Source of the DNA: Flavobacteriaceae bacterium
GTDB lineage: Bacteria > Bacteroidota > Bacteroidia > Flavobacteriales > Flavobacteriaceae
Direction: 5' to 3'
DNA length: 64,000 nt
Assembly (NCBI GenBank): GCA_003963025.1
Contig: RXJZ01000039.1
Span: 3,249-67,248, forward strand
Shown here: positions 21,131 through 30,706 of the stretch, piece after piece
How positions within the stretch are numbered: position 1 is the first letter of the stretch
Layout: each line of letters opens with the position of its first letter
Program-made: the position numbers and the translations under genes
Notes under the pieces: model-generated
Seen by the model: only the letters and a program-made list of their open reading frames with translations
The model's database searches: none
Told to the model about the DNA's origin: nothing

Positions 21131-21688
21131 TTATTTTTTAGTTTGTGGATCTAATTTAATATCGTTTAAACTTACTGTACAAATTAAGGGTTCGTTAGAA
21201 CCAATTTTTTTGTCATCTCCATGATAACCGTATGCCATGTGTGATGGAAATAAGAATGTAACAGTTTCTCCTTTTTTCATTAATTTAATTCCATCACGTA
21301 GTCCCATCATAATGTTTTCTTTGTCTACATAATAAACTTGAGGTTTTGTATCGGCAATTGTGTAAATGATTCTGCTTTTTAAATCTTTGATTTCATAATC
21401 AAAAAAAGCAATATCACCTCTTTTTGGAGTAGGCGAAATTTCTTCAATTTTAGTTTCGTATTTGTACCAGTAACCTTTATTTGAAGCAATATATGATTTT
21501 AGTGAATCATTTTTAATTATTTCAGCTATTAAATCTTCTTCGTCTGCAATTAAAATTTTATTACGCTCTATAGATTCTTTTATAAAAGTTCCAGAAGAGT
21601 GCGTTATTGGTTTTCTAGCTTGTTGTTGTTGCGAACAACTAGCTATTAAAATGATTGCACCAAAAAGGAATAAATTTTGAATTTTCAT
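21131..21688 (-). CDS. gldI: Gliding motility-associated FKBP-type lipoprotein GldI
   Basis: Lipobox IAS-C, FPSHMAYGYHGD, and its position between the DHH gene and the PPIases. Confidence 0.85.
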   Translation of the reverse strand: MKIQNLFLFGAIILIASCSQQQQARKPITHSSGTFIKESIERNKILIADEEDLIAEIIKNDSLKSYIASNKGYWYKYETKIEEISPTPKRGDIAFFDYEIKDLKSRIIYTIADTKPQVYYVDKENIMMGLRDGIKLMKKGETVTFLFPSHMAYGYHGDDKKIGSNEPLICTVSLNDIKLDPQTKK

Positions 21689-21693
21689 TTTCG

Positions 21694-22704
21694 TTAATTT
21701 TTTTCTTTTGCTAAAATAGCAATAAATTGTTGTACCGTATCTTCAAGGGACGAAAAAGATTTTCCTCCAGCCGCATTAATATGCCCTCCACCATTAAAGT
21801 GATTTCGTGCAAATTGATTCACATCGAAATCACCTTGAGAACGGAATGAAATTTTAATAATTCCTTCTTCTTTATGTTCAATAAAAATGGCTGTAAAATC
21901 AATTCCTTTTATGCTTAAACCGTAATTTACAATTCCTTCTGTATCTCCTTTTTGATGACCAAATTCATTTAGTTCATCTTGAGTTAAGGTAATGTATGTT
22001 GTTTTGAATTCAGGAAGTATTTTTAAGTTCTGAAGTGCCTTTCCTAATAATAATAAACGATTGTAAGAAGAGTTATCAAAAAGTAGATTGTGAATTTCAC
22101 TATTGTTAATACCTTTATCAATTAAATCTGCGACACATTTGTGTGTTTTACTGGTTGTTTTAGGAAATCTAAAACTTCCAGAATCGGTAACAATTCCAGT
22201 ATATAAACATGTCGCAACTGTTTTGTTTATTAGGTTTTCAAGTCCTAATTGGTGAATAAAATCATACACCATTTCACAAGTTGAGCCATAAGTAGTATCT
22301 GAAAAAGTATAAGTAGCATATCCATCTGGAGCTTGATGATGGTCTATCATCACACTTGGAACTGTTAGCGTTTTTAGTGCATTTTCCATTTGGTCACCTA
22401 CACGATGTAATGCGTTAAAATCTAATGTAAAAAGTAATTCTGTTTTTTCTAAAATAGCTTTGCAAGTATCAAAACTGCGTTCAAAAATTATGACTTTTTC
22501 GCTTTCGGGAAGCCAAGCTAAGAATTCTGGAAATTCATTTGGAGCCATTACAATTACTTCATGTTGTAATTGTTTAAGGGTATGATAAAGTCCTAATGTT
22601 GAACCCATAGCGTCTCCATCTGGATTTCTATGAGGTACAATTGTAATTTTTTTTGGCGAAGCTAAAAGTAATTTAATGGCTTCAATTTCGTGTATTTGCA
22701 TCAT
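21694..22704 (-). CDS. DHH/DHHA1 phosphoesterase (NrnA-like)
   Basis: HRNPDGDA, IDHH, TDSGSF and GGGHINAAG. Confidence 0.9.
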   Translation of the reverse strand: MMQIHEIEAIKLLLASPKKITIVPHRNPDGDAMGSTLGLYHTLKQLQHEVIVMAPNEFPEFLAWLPESEKVIIFERSFDTCKAILEKTELLFTLDFNALHRVGDQMENALKTLTVPSVMIDHHQAPDGYATYTFSDTTYGSTCEMVYDFIHQLGLENLINKTVATCLYTGIVTDSGSFRFPKTTSKTHKCVADLIDKGINNSEIHNLLFDNSSYNRLLLLGKALQNLKILPEFKTTYITLTQDELNEFGHQKGDTEGIVNYGLSIKGIDFTAIFIEHKEEGIIKISFRSQGDFDVNQFARNHFNGGGHINAAGGKSFSSLEDTVQQFIAILAKEKN

Positions 22705-22748
22705 ACTGCGAATATATTATTTTGTAAGCTATTCTGCAATTATTATGC

Positions 22749-24770
22749 CTAACGTTTTAGTGTAAAGTGACCTTTTATAATTTTTCCATTTGTTAATTCC
22801 AATGTGAACCAATAATCGTTTGAGGGTAAATTACTTCCATTAAATGTGCCATCCCAAGCTTCAGTATTAGCATTATACTGTTTTATTAATTTTCCATATC
22901 GATCAAAAATACTAATTGTACTATTTTGTAAATTTCTTTTTCTTAAATTTTTGATATACCAAGTATCATTATAATTATCGCCATTAGGAGTAAAGTATTT
23001 GGGATAATCTAAAATGTAAAATGTTCTTTTAGTAACACCACATTTTTTTTTATCGTTAACATAAACGGTGTATTCGCCCTCTAATAAATTGGTGAATATA
23101 TTAGAATCTTGATAATTAATGTCGTCTAGTGAAAATTCATAATTACCTAAACTAGAGGCTGAAATTTGAATAGTAGCTGAGTTGTTTTCTTGAAAATCGT
23201 TAATGATTATATCTTCAATCGTTGCAATTCCAGAAGCTTCAACTGTAAATGTTTTTGTTTTGGAGCAATTAAATGAGTTTGTTACCGTAACTTCATAACT
23301 TCCGCCAGAATTTACGGTTATTTGTTGGGTAAATTGAGGTGGATCTGTATTCCACTCATAAGAGGTAAAACCGCTTCCCGCATCTAAAGTTAATATAGAA
23401 TTTTCACAAAGGCCAATAGTCTCATCCGCTAGAATAGTATCAAATGTATTTACTACTAAATTCACAGGATAATCCGAATAACAACCTTGAATATTCATGA
23501 TTCTAGCATAAATGGTTTGATTGTTTGGAATTGTATTGGTATAATTTGTTGGTAAAGCTGTTGTGCTTGTAGCTATTTCAAAAAATGAAATGTCATAATC
23601 TGTAGGAAGGTTTGTGAATAATTGATTTTTGATAACATCTAAATCAAAAACTGTTTTTCCATCTTGATTAGTATCAGCATCACATTCTGTAAATAAATCT
23701 TGATTGATTACTAATGATTCTGCGTATTCGATTTTAAGTGTATTGGAAGGAGGAGAACACGTGGTGCCATAAAAAATGTTTACCGTATAATCTCCTGCAG
23801 ATGTAATAGTGTAAGTCGGATTGGTTGCACCAGGTATTGGGTTTGTGTTTCTAAACCATTGGTATTCAGTTGCTCCAGCCTGAGTAGCATCAACAGTTAA
23901 TGTTTCGCTAGGACAAAGTGGATTACCTGTTGCAATTAAGCGATCGTCACCTAAATCGATACCGAAATTAAAACTTCCACCACCAAGAAAAATAGCCGAA
24001 TCAAAACGATAATTTCCTTCGTCGGCAATAACTAATTTAATGTGATAGGTTTCTCCTGGAATAACATCAGACTCTGCTTTTAAAATTTTGGTTTGACCAT
24101 TAAAATTAGTGGGATGGTTCGTGTCATTGAAAGCATCAAAATAGGCTTGATTGGCTGGTGGACAAATCGTTCCAGATCCTCTCACAGTATTCACTTTTAC
24201 AGGAATATTGGTACCTGGAACCACTGCTAAATTTTGATAATTTGTCTCTCCGTTTCTTTTTAATAAAAATGCAAATCCATCAGTATAGTTACATTGATTA
24301 GAGGATGGATTTGTTAGGTATTGTTCGGATGAAAAAATATAATCAAAACTAATTCTGTTTCCTAAAGGAATAAAATCAAATTCTAAAATAGTAGCATTAA
24401 AAGTATTGCTTAATCCTAAAGCATCATTTAAATCAGAGTCACCATTCCAACCTATGCCACCACCGTCATCAGAAAGATAAATATTAGGTCCGGGAGCATT
24501 ATTGATTTTTCCTGTGGAAAGAATAATACCATTTTGAAAAGGAAATGTAGTTCCTGTACCGTCAAAATAACCATAGCTTTTTTCGCCTGAAGCAAAATTT
24601 CCACCTGAAACACTAACATTAAAAACGTTAGCACAAGTGCTGTTTATTAATATATCTTCAACTAAATCTTGTGGGGTATAACTTTCATCAACCGAAATAT
24701 TTTGAGCATTTCCAAATTGGAATGCAAATCCAATAACTAAACTAAAAATTGTAAATTTTAATGTACTCAT
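22749..24770 (-). CDS. T9SS type-B CTD surface protein with choice-of-anchor-L-like N-domain
   Basis: C-terminal YFTPNGDNYND...IFDRYGKLI...WDG...DYWF...GHFTLKR. N-domain FSSEQY...DGFAF...ADEGNYRFDSAIFL. Confidence 0.85.
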   Translation of the reverse strand: MSTLKFTIFSLVIGFAFQFGNAQNISVDESYTPQDLVEDILINSTCANVFNVSVSGGNFASGEKSYGYFDGTGTTFPFQNGIILSTGKINNAPGPNIYLSDDGGGIGWNGDSDLNDALGLSNTFNATILEFDFIPLGNRISFDYIFSSEQYLTNPSSNQCNYTDGFAFLLKRNGETNYQNLAVVPGTNIPVKVNTVRGSGTICPPANQAYFDAFNDTNHPTNFNGQTKILKAESDVIPGETYHIKLVIADEGNYRFDSAIFLGGGSFNFGIDLGDDRLIATGNPLCPSETLTVDATQAGATEYQWFRNTNPIPGATNPTYTITSAGDYTVNIFYGTTCSPPSNTLKIEYAESLVINQDLFTECDADTNQDGKTVFDLDVIKNQLFTNLPTDYDISFFEIATSTTALPTNYTNTIPNNQTIYARIMNIQGCYSDYPVNLVVNTFDTILADETIGLCENSILTLDAGSGFTSYEWNTDPPQFTQQITVNSGGSYEVTVTNSFNCSKTKTFTVEASGIATIEDIIINDFQENNSATIQISASSLGNYEFSLDDINYQDSNIFTNLLEGEYTVYVNDKKKCGVTKRTFYILDYPKYFTPNGDNYNDTWYIKNLRKRNLQNSTISIFDRYGKLIKQYNANTEAWDGTFNGSNLPSNDYWFTLELTNGKIIKGHFTLKR

Positions 24771-24786
24771 AGTAACTGCAAAGATA

Positions 24787-25638
24787 CTACAAATCCCGTT
24801 TTTTAAGTATGTAATAGGATGTTAAAATAAATATAATTGTCCACACTAAAACAATGTTTATTTGCGATAAATGAATGCTATAATCTTTTGCGGTTTGAGC
24901 ACCTCCAACGGCATTTTCAATTGTTTTAATAGCGCTTAATCGAGTAATAGGTTCTTTGATTAAATTACTCATTGATTCTATTGGAAAATATTGAATAATT
25001 GTATCTCCAAAGTTTTTATGTTTATCATCACCACCTAAAATTACAAATTTTAATAACCAATAAAAGATGTTTTCACCTACGAACCAAACGAACAAGAACC
25101 CCAGAGCAAAAGCACTTCGCTTTACTAAAATTCCTAAGAACAAACAGAAAGAGAAAAAGGCAAAAAGTTTGATAAAAAAAGCTAACAAATATTCTAAATC
25201 ACTAAAAACTATAGCTAATTCATTATATGATGAGAAAGAATAGCCTAAAATTAAAGACATTATGAATACAAAAATTGTTGAAGCAGCAGCGAAAGAGCCA
25301 ACAACTAGAAATTTAGAAAGTATAAATTCCTTTTTGCTTAATCCATCAATAAGATTTTGTTTTAGTGTGCCGTAAGTGTATTCATTTGCCATCATAGAAA
25401 CAATAACAATGGCTAAGAATATTTTGAAAAATGCTGCAATATAAGTATTAAAATGCCAAATGTATGGGAAGTTAAAAATCCCTTGGTCAGCAATTCTGAT
25501 TTCGAAAGTTCCAATGCTAAATTTAATAGATGCAATTAAGGCAATGAAACTTAATAAGACAAAATAGGTTAATAGTAAAACGCGACTGGCTTTGTTTTTC
25601 CAAATTTTTTGAAATTCTATAGAAAGTAATCTTTTCAT
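24787..25638 (-). CDS. ABC-2 type transporter permease
   Basis: Multiple TM segments, EYTYGTLKQNL and terminal KRDL. Confidence 0.85.
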   Translation of the reverse strand: MKRLLSIEFQKIWKNKASRVLLLTYFVLLSFIALIASIKFSIGTFEIRIADQGIFNFPYIWHFNTYIAAFFKIFLAIVIVSMMANEYTYGTLKQNLIDGLSKKEFILSKFLVVGSFAAASTIFVFIMSLILGYSFSSYNELAIVFSDLEYLLAFFIKLFAFFSFCLFLGILVKRSAFALGFLFVWFVGENIFYWLLKFVILGGDDKHKNFGDTIIQYFPIESMSNLIKEPITRLSAIKTIENAVGGAQTAKDYSIHLSQINIVLVWTIIFILTSYYILKKRDL

Positions 25639-25645
25639 CGGTGTC

Positions 25646-26542
25646 TTAGTTTTTTGTTAATTCAAGGAATTGTTCTTCAAGGCTATTTTTTCTTTTTACT
25701 AAATGTTCTAAAACAATGTTTTGCTCAAATAAATACGAATTCAAATCTTGTGCAGCAATGTCTTGTTTTAAGTATACCAAAAGTTTTCCGTCTTCTTCAA
25801 TAGTGTTTTCTACAAATGATTGTTCGTCTAAAACGGTTTTCAATTGAAGCATATCGTTTGATTTTAGTTCGAAGAAACTATTGTTTTCAATCATGTTGTG
25901 CACGGTTCCTTGATACAACATTTCGCCTTTTCGTAAAACTACCACATGACTACACACTTTTTCTACTTCGTCTAACAAATGCGAAGCTAACAAAATGGTT
26001 GTTCCTTGTGATGCAATTACTTTAATAATATCTCGAATTTGACGAATTCCTTGCGGATCTAAACCGTTGGTAGGTTCGTCTAAAATTAAGATTTCTGGGT
26101 CGTTTAATAGGGCAGAAGCAATGGCTAAACGTTGTTTCATTCCTAAAGAATAGGTTCTGAATTTGTCGTTTTTACGTTCTAAAAGCCCAACTAATTCTAA
26201 CTTTTCATCCACTTTTAAAAAAGGTGTTCCTTTGATTTTACACACTAATTCCAAATTTTCTTTGGCAGTCATGTACGGATAAAAGTTGGGTCTTTCGATG
26301 ATGGCACCTACTTTTTTCAAGGCGTCATGCGTTGCGACTTTTCCTCCAAACCATTCAAAATCGCCTGAAGTTTTGTTGACAACATTTAATACAATTCCCA
26401 ATGTAGTTGATTTTCCTGAGCCGTTTGGACCCAAAATACCGTATACATTTCCTTTTTTGATTTCGAAAGAAACATTTTTAACGGCGTGTAAGTGTTTATT
26501 GAAAATCTTGTTGAGATTCGAGATTTTTAAAATGGTTTCCAA
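25646..26542 (-). CDS. ABC transporter ATP-binding protein
   Basis: GPNGSGKST, YSLGMKQR and LDEPTNGLD. Confidence 0.92.
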   Translation of the reverse strand: METILKISNLNKIFNKHLHAVKNVSFEIKKGNVYGILGPNGSGKSTTLGIVLNVVNKTSGDFEWFGGKVATHDALKKVGAIIERPNFYPYMTAKENLELVCKIKGTPFLKVDEKLELVGLLERKNDKFRTYSLGMKQRLAIASALLNDPEILILDEPTNGLDPQGIRQIRDIIKVIASQGTTILLASHLLDEVEKVCSHVVVLRKGEMLYQGTVHNMIENNSFFELKSNDMLQLKTVLDEQSFVENTIEEDGKLLVYLKQDIAAQDLNSYLFEQNIVLEHLVKRKNSLEEQFLELTKN

Positions 26543-26645
26543 GTTTGTTCGTTTTTTGATTTATAAGTAAGACGAACGAATTTTAGATTTGTTACGAATG
26601 AAATTTTTTGACACCAAATTTTCAATAGAATTATGGTTTGCTTTA

Positions 26646-26707
26646 GGGATAGCAGCGGCATCCTTTTATGGAGCCAAAAGCGGAATAAAAGATATAGCGT
26701 ATAGCCC
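26646..26707 (-). repeat. Structured intergenic repeat, Flavo-1-like (long-hairpin variant)
   Basis: GGGCTATACGCTATATCTTTTAT...ATAAAAGGATGCCGCTGCTATCCC has the same architecture as the 11646 and 57974 copies. Confidence 0.55.
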
Positions 26708-26727
26708 GACCTTTATGGTAACGCCCA

Positions 26728-26766
26728 AAAAAAAATCCCTAACATTATGGCTTAGTTAGGGATTTT
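26728..26766 (-). terminator. Rho-independent terminator
   Basis: AAAATCCCTAAC...GTTAGGGATTTT with an A-run on +. Confidence 0.7.
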
Positions 26767-26788
26767 AAGGTATTGCTTGGGGCAAAAA

Positions 26789-28099
26789 TTAATATTGAAT
26801 AAAGTTGTTGATTTTAACTTTAGTTGCTTTTAAATCGTGCATTAAATTGTACAATCCAAAGAAAGTTCGGTTGATGTAAATAAAATGCTTCGAACCGCGA
26901 TTTCCGTTCATATTGCGTAATTCGGTACTTTTAGAATAACGTTCGCCTAAATCAGCAATTTGACCGAAAAATTCTTCATCTGAAAAGTCAAATTCTTCTA
27001 CATGAAAAGGTCGCGCGAATAGACTTAATAATTCATGGAACATTTCTGTGAAGAATTCCACTTCTTCTTTTGTGTCTTCTTTTCTTAAGATTTCTAATTC
27101 GTATAATTTTGATTGGAAGAATTCTGGATTGTTTAAGTTTTCTTTTTTAGCCAATTCAAAATATGGGATATAAAAATCATTCGGAACTTCTTTTATACAA
27201 CCAAAATCTAGAGCTACTAACTTTGTATCTTTAGTAATTAAGAAATTCCCAGGATGTGGATCAGCATGCACTTTTCTTAAATTGTGCATTTGGAACATAT
27301 AAAAATCCCAAAGGGTTTGTCCTAAAATATTCGATTTCTCAGCATCGGTATTGTGAGCGGTAAATTCTGATAAATGTTCGCCCGTCATCCAATCCATCGT
27401 AATGATTTTCTCTGACGACCAATCTGGGTAATACTTTGGAAAAACTAAGTTTGGAATGTTTTGACAAGCTTCGGCCATTTCCATACTTTGTTTGACTTCG
27501 TTGATATAATTGGTTTCTTCAATCAATTTGTCTTCAACTTCTTTGAAATATTTATCCGAATCTTTTCCTTTAATGTTGAACATTTTGATAGCAATAGGTT
27601 TTACTAAAGCCAAATCAGAACTAATACTTTCTGCCACTCCTGGATATTGAATTTTCACAGCAAGTTTTTTCCCATCCTTGGTAGCTTGGTGCACTTGACC
27701 AATGCTAGCCGCGTTTATAGAAGTGGCATTGAAGGTATCGTATATTTCGTTTGGTTGTTTGCCAAAATAATTCTTAAAGGTTTTGTTCACCAAAGGAGCA
27801 GACAACGGCGGAACCGAAAACTGTGCCAATGAGAATTTCTCCACGTAAGCTCTTGGTAAAATATTTTTATCCATACTCAACATTTGCGCGACTTTCAAAG
27901 CACTTCCTTTCAGTTGCTTTAAACTGTCGTAAATGTCGGCAGCGTTGTTTTTGTTCAGCGATTCTTTGGCTTCTTCTTCGGTTTTGGTGATTTTATCTCC
28001 GTAATATTTGAGATAATTCACACCCACTTTTGCTCCGGTTTGAATTAACTTAGAAGCACGTTGAATTTTTGAGGTAGGGATACTATCGATTGTTTTCAT
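26789..28099 (-). CDS. ABC1/UbiB/AarF family atypical kinase
   Basis: AASIGQVH, AVKIQYPG, HADPHPGNF and LDFGC. Confidence 0.9.
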   Translation of the reverse strand: MKTIDSIPTSKIQRASKLIQTGAKVGVNYLKYYGDKITKTEEEAKESLNKNNAADIYDSLKQLKGSALKVAQMLSMDKNILPRAYVEKFSLAQFSVPPLSAPLVNKTFKNYFGKQPNEIYDTFNATSINAASIGQVHQATKDGKKLAVKIQYPGVAESISSDLALVKPIAIKMFNIKGKDSDKYFKEVEDKLIEETNYINEVKQSMEMAEACQNIPNLVFPKYYPDWSSEKIITMDWMTGEHLSEFTAHNTDAEKSNILGQTLWDFYMFQMHNLRKVHADPHPGNFLITKDTKLVALDFGCIKEVPNDFYIPYFELAKKENLNNPEFFQSKLYELEILRKEDTKEEVEFFTEMFHELLSLFARPFHVEEFDFSDEEFFGQIADLGERYSKSTELRNMNGNRGSKHFIYINRTFFGLYNLMHDLKATKVKINNFIQY

Positions 28100-28110
28100 A
28101 TGGTTTTTAC

Positions 28111-28770
28111 TTACATTTTAAATGCGCCTTTTTCATGCCACATGAATTTTCCAAAATCGATTAGACTTTTGAATGGAGTAGTATCCATCAAATCAAAACT
28201 CGTATTGACAGATTTTTCAATGAAAATATCGGTTTTTTCAAATGAAATCGATGTGTCTTCAATCCAAAACTTCAAAGTGAATAAGAACTGGAACCAAGCC
28301 ATTTCACTCATTGTTTTTTCTTGGAATTCGATTAATTTTTCTTGTTTTAAATCGATTTTTTCAATGTCTAAATTGTCGTAAAACTGCTTAAAATTTTTTC
28401 TTAATTCGCTCAATTTTGACAAACTTTTTAATTTGTTTTTGTCTTCTTTTAATAACGCAACAACAAAACTTCTGTTTGCCGTTAACATTTCGAAATAAGT
28501 GAAATAGAAACTCAACAATTGCGTGCGAGCATCGTAGGAAGCGAATTCTTCACTATTTCCTAATAATTCTAATGTATTATCGAATAGCGAAGTGAAAAAG
28601 TTTTGCTCAATTTGGTTAAAAGAAGCATAGTGTTTGTAAAATAAACCTTCCTCAAAACCAGCATGTTTGGCAAACAAATAAACCGATTGCGGTTGCTTGT
28701 TGTGTTCTAAGAAATAATCGATATATAAACTTAAAACGCCTTCTTTGTTTATTTCTTTCTTTTTTGCCAT
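28111..28770 (-). CDS. TetR-like transcriptional regulator
   Basis: N-terminal HTH-like segment, FWIEDTS..FEKTD.FIEKS C-domain, and location directly upstream of the ABC1 kinase. Confidence 0.7.
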   Translation of the reverse strand: MAKKKEINKEGVLSLYIDYFLEHNKQPQSVYLFAKHAGFEEGLFYKHYASFNQIEQNFFTSLFDNTLELLGNSEEFASYDARTQLLSFYFTYFEMLTANRSFVVALLKEDKNKLKSLSKLSELRKNFKQFYDNLDIEKIDLKQEKLIEFQEKTMSEMAWFQFLFTLKFWIEDTSISFEKTDIFIEKSVNTSFDLMDTTPFKSLIDFGKFMWHEKGAFKM

Positions 28771-28855
28771 GATTCTAAATATTTTTCTCTAAGGTACAGA
28801 ATATTTAATTTAAAATCAAAAAAGTTAAACAAAATATTTTGTTAAAGTTCTTTCA

Positions 28856-28890
28856 AAAAAAAACTCAATTACGAATTGTAATTGAGTTTT
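28856..28890 (-). terminator. Rho-independent terminator
   Basis: AAAACTCAATTAC...GTAATTGAGTTTT. Confidence 0.7.
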
Positions 28891-28911
28891 GTCTGTTTTG
28901 ATATGAATTCC

Positions 28912-29970
28912 TTACGATTTCTGCTCTTTGTTAAAGTAAACCAAGTAATAATACATTTGTTTTTCTTCGTCCCAACCTTTCTCCACAAACTTCTCAGCAC
29001 TTTCTGGGTTAATGAAATCTAATTTGATTTGGATATTCGTATCCAATTGAATCGTGTTTTTTAATGAACGACGTACATCTGTTACCGCAGCATTTGCAAT
29101 TGGAAAACTTGAAACGTCTTCGATGCTATATTTCGCACCTTTATCTACTTTATAATTTTTGAATTCTGGAATGAATTCTGGATTTTGCATTACTTCGTTT
29201 AAGAAAGCCGTTTCTTCAAACTCATCATTTTTCGCAAAGTGATTGATAGCACGGTTCATGAACAACACTTCTTGTTGCTTGTCTTCGGCGGGTAAAACCA
29301 CTTCTTTAGCAAACTCTTGACAGAATTTTAAGTATTTCTTCGTCATGAAGTTTTCATCTTGAAATGCATCAACCGACAAGAAATGTTCTAACCAATAACG
29401 CGCATCATAACGGTTGCTATCTACGGTTAAAATTTTGTAGCCTTCTTCTTTTTTGTAATTGAAAATGATACAACCTTTGTCTAACTTATTTAAGTTGATT
29501 CCTTGTTGTAAAATCATTTCTAAGTTGCTTCCGTTTTCTTCGAATTGTAGGAAATCGGTTTGAACTTCACTTTTGAAAACCCCGATAGCATCTACTACAT
29601 TATTATCGATAGAAACGTGCGTAAAATAAGCTACATAAACTTCTCCGTTTTTAATGTGCGGATGATTCGATTGCTCGAAAAGGTGTTTCGTGATTTTTTT
29701 TGAAACGTTGTGAATTTCGCTTGGGTTATTAAAAACTTCGGTAGCAAAATTGTACATTTCGTTGTATTCTAAATCTACTTCATGAGCAAATTGAAAGTAG
29801 TTTTCTTCTTTTTCTCTGAAAGGTTTAAAGAAAAATTCCTTCAACAAAGGCATGATTTCATCATTCAATCCGTATGGATTTTCAGATAAGAAAATAGCTT
29901 CGTTTCTACTTTTATTTCCTACTCTATGAATAGATAGGTTTTCGATATGTGCGTTAAATAAGTTGATCAT
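28912..29970 (-). CDS. Nucleoid-associated protein (NdpA/YejK-like)
   Basis: IHRVGNK, HPHIKNGE, KLDKGCIIFN and YWLEHFL. Confidence 0.75.
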   Translation of the reverse strand: MINLFNAHIENLSIHRVGNKSRNEAIFLSENPYGLNDEIMPLLKEFFFKPFREKEENYFQFAHEVDLEYNEMYNFATEVFNNPSEIHNVSKKITKHLFEQSNHPHIKNGEVYVAYFTHVSIDNNVVDAIGVFKSEVQTDFLQFEENGSNLEMILQQGINLNKLDKGCIIFNYKKEEGYKILTVDSNRYDARYWLEHFLSVDAFQDENFMTKKYLKFCQEFAKEVVLPAEDKQQEVLFMNRAINHFAKNDEFEETAFLNEVMQNPEFIPEFKNYKVDKGAKYSIEDVSSFPIANAAVTDVRRSLKNTIQLDTNIQIKLDFINPESAEKFVEKGWDEEKQMYYYLVYFNKEQKS

Positions 29971-29978
29971 TTTTTTTT

Positions 29979-30075
29979 AATGTGTCAATTCGTCAATTGG
30001 TTTATGTGCCAATTAACAATGTTAGTAATTAAGTTTTATAATTGGCACATTGCCACATTAGCACATTGGCTAATT
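29979..30075. repeat. Inverted pair of octamer tandem arrays with a 23-nt spacer
   Basis: AATGTGTC AATTCGTC AATTGGTT TATGTGCC | GGCACATT GCCACATT AGCACATT GGCTAATT, with a perfect 12-bp IR at 30004-30015 / 30039-30050. Confidence 0.8.
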
Positions 30076-30625
30076 AATTCCAATTTTCTTCAAATCCCAT
30101 GTCTTCGAAGCTGTCATCGCCATCAAACATGTCGAAATCATCATCATCGAAATCGTCTTCAAAGTCACTATAAATATCGTCATTAGAAATATCACCTCTT
30201 AATCCGCTTTGACCTGCTTCTGCTGGTAATTCGCCATGAGAAAATAATAAAGCAGGATAGCTTTCACCTGCTTCTTTTTCTTCTTCAATAGCTGCTAATT
30301 CTAAGAAGAATGTCCACATGTTAAAGAAATCATACACATATACCATTTTGGTATTATCTTGGTGCATTAAATCCTCAATTTTGAAGTCTACCATAGTTTT
30401 CATTTCACCTGGAACTTCTCCAGTGTCAAACATTGGGATTTCGTCCTCTTCGTTCCAAGTCCAGTCGTCTTCACATGTAAAGAACGAACCTGTTTCAGTT
30501 CCATCAAAGCCAAAAGCGTTTACGATAGCATTGTGTAAATCTTCTAAGGTGTTGTCGCTTTCAATGGCAATATCTCTAAAAATATCTTCTTCGGCATCGA
30601 GAATTACTCGGAATTTGTAAATCAT
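30074..30625 (-). CDS. pRiA4b ORF-3-like protein with an acidic tail
   Basis: RDIAI....TLEDLHNAI...F and YVYDFFNMWTF. Confidence 0.75.
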   Translation of the reverse strand: MIYKFRVILDAEEDIFRDIAIESDNTLEDLHNAIVNAFGFDGTETGSFFTCEDDWTWNEEDEIPMFDTGEVPGEMKTMVDFKIEDLMHQDNTKMVYVYDFFNMWTFFLELAAIEEEKEAGESYPALLFSHGELPAEAGQSGLRGDISNDDIYSDFEDDFDDDDFDMFDGDDSFEDMGFEENWN

Positions 30626-30706
30626 AATCTTTGAAATTTTAAGAACAGCAAAAGTAATTATTATTTATGAGAAACTTTTTTGCTTTTGCGATTTGTTGAT
30701 AAGATT

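Noticed and set aside
19018-21688. Tandem cyclophilin-FKBP fusions with gldI as a novel system
   Set aside because: This is a familiar Flavobacterium gene arrangement, and nothing in the sequence suggests novelty.
29979-30075. Short repeat arrays as CRISPR
   Set aside because: The units are 7-8 bp with no unique spacers, and there are no cas genes.
29980-30186. 68-aa ORF spanning the octamer arrays
   Set aside because: It is a translation of the repeat and antisense to a real gene.
30074-30625. pRiA4b ORF-3/IS-passenger-like gene as a mobile element
   Set aside because: There is no transposase or terminal repeat pair around it, and it sits among housekeeping-type genes.
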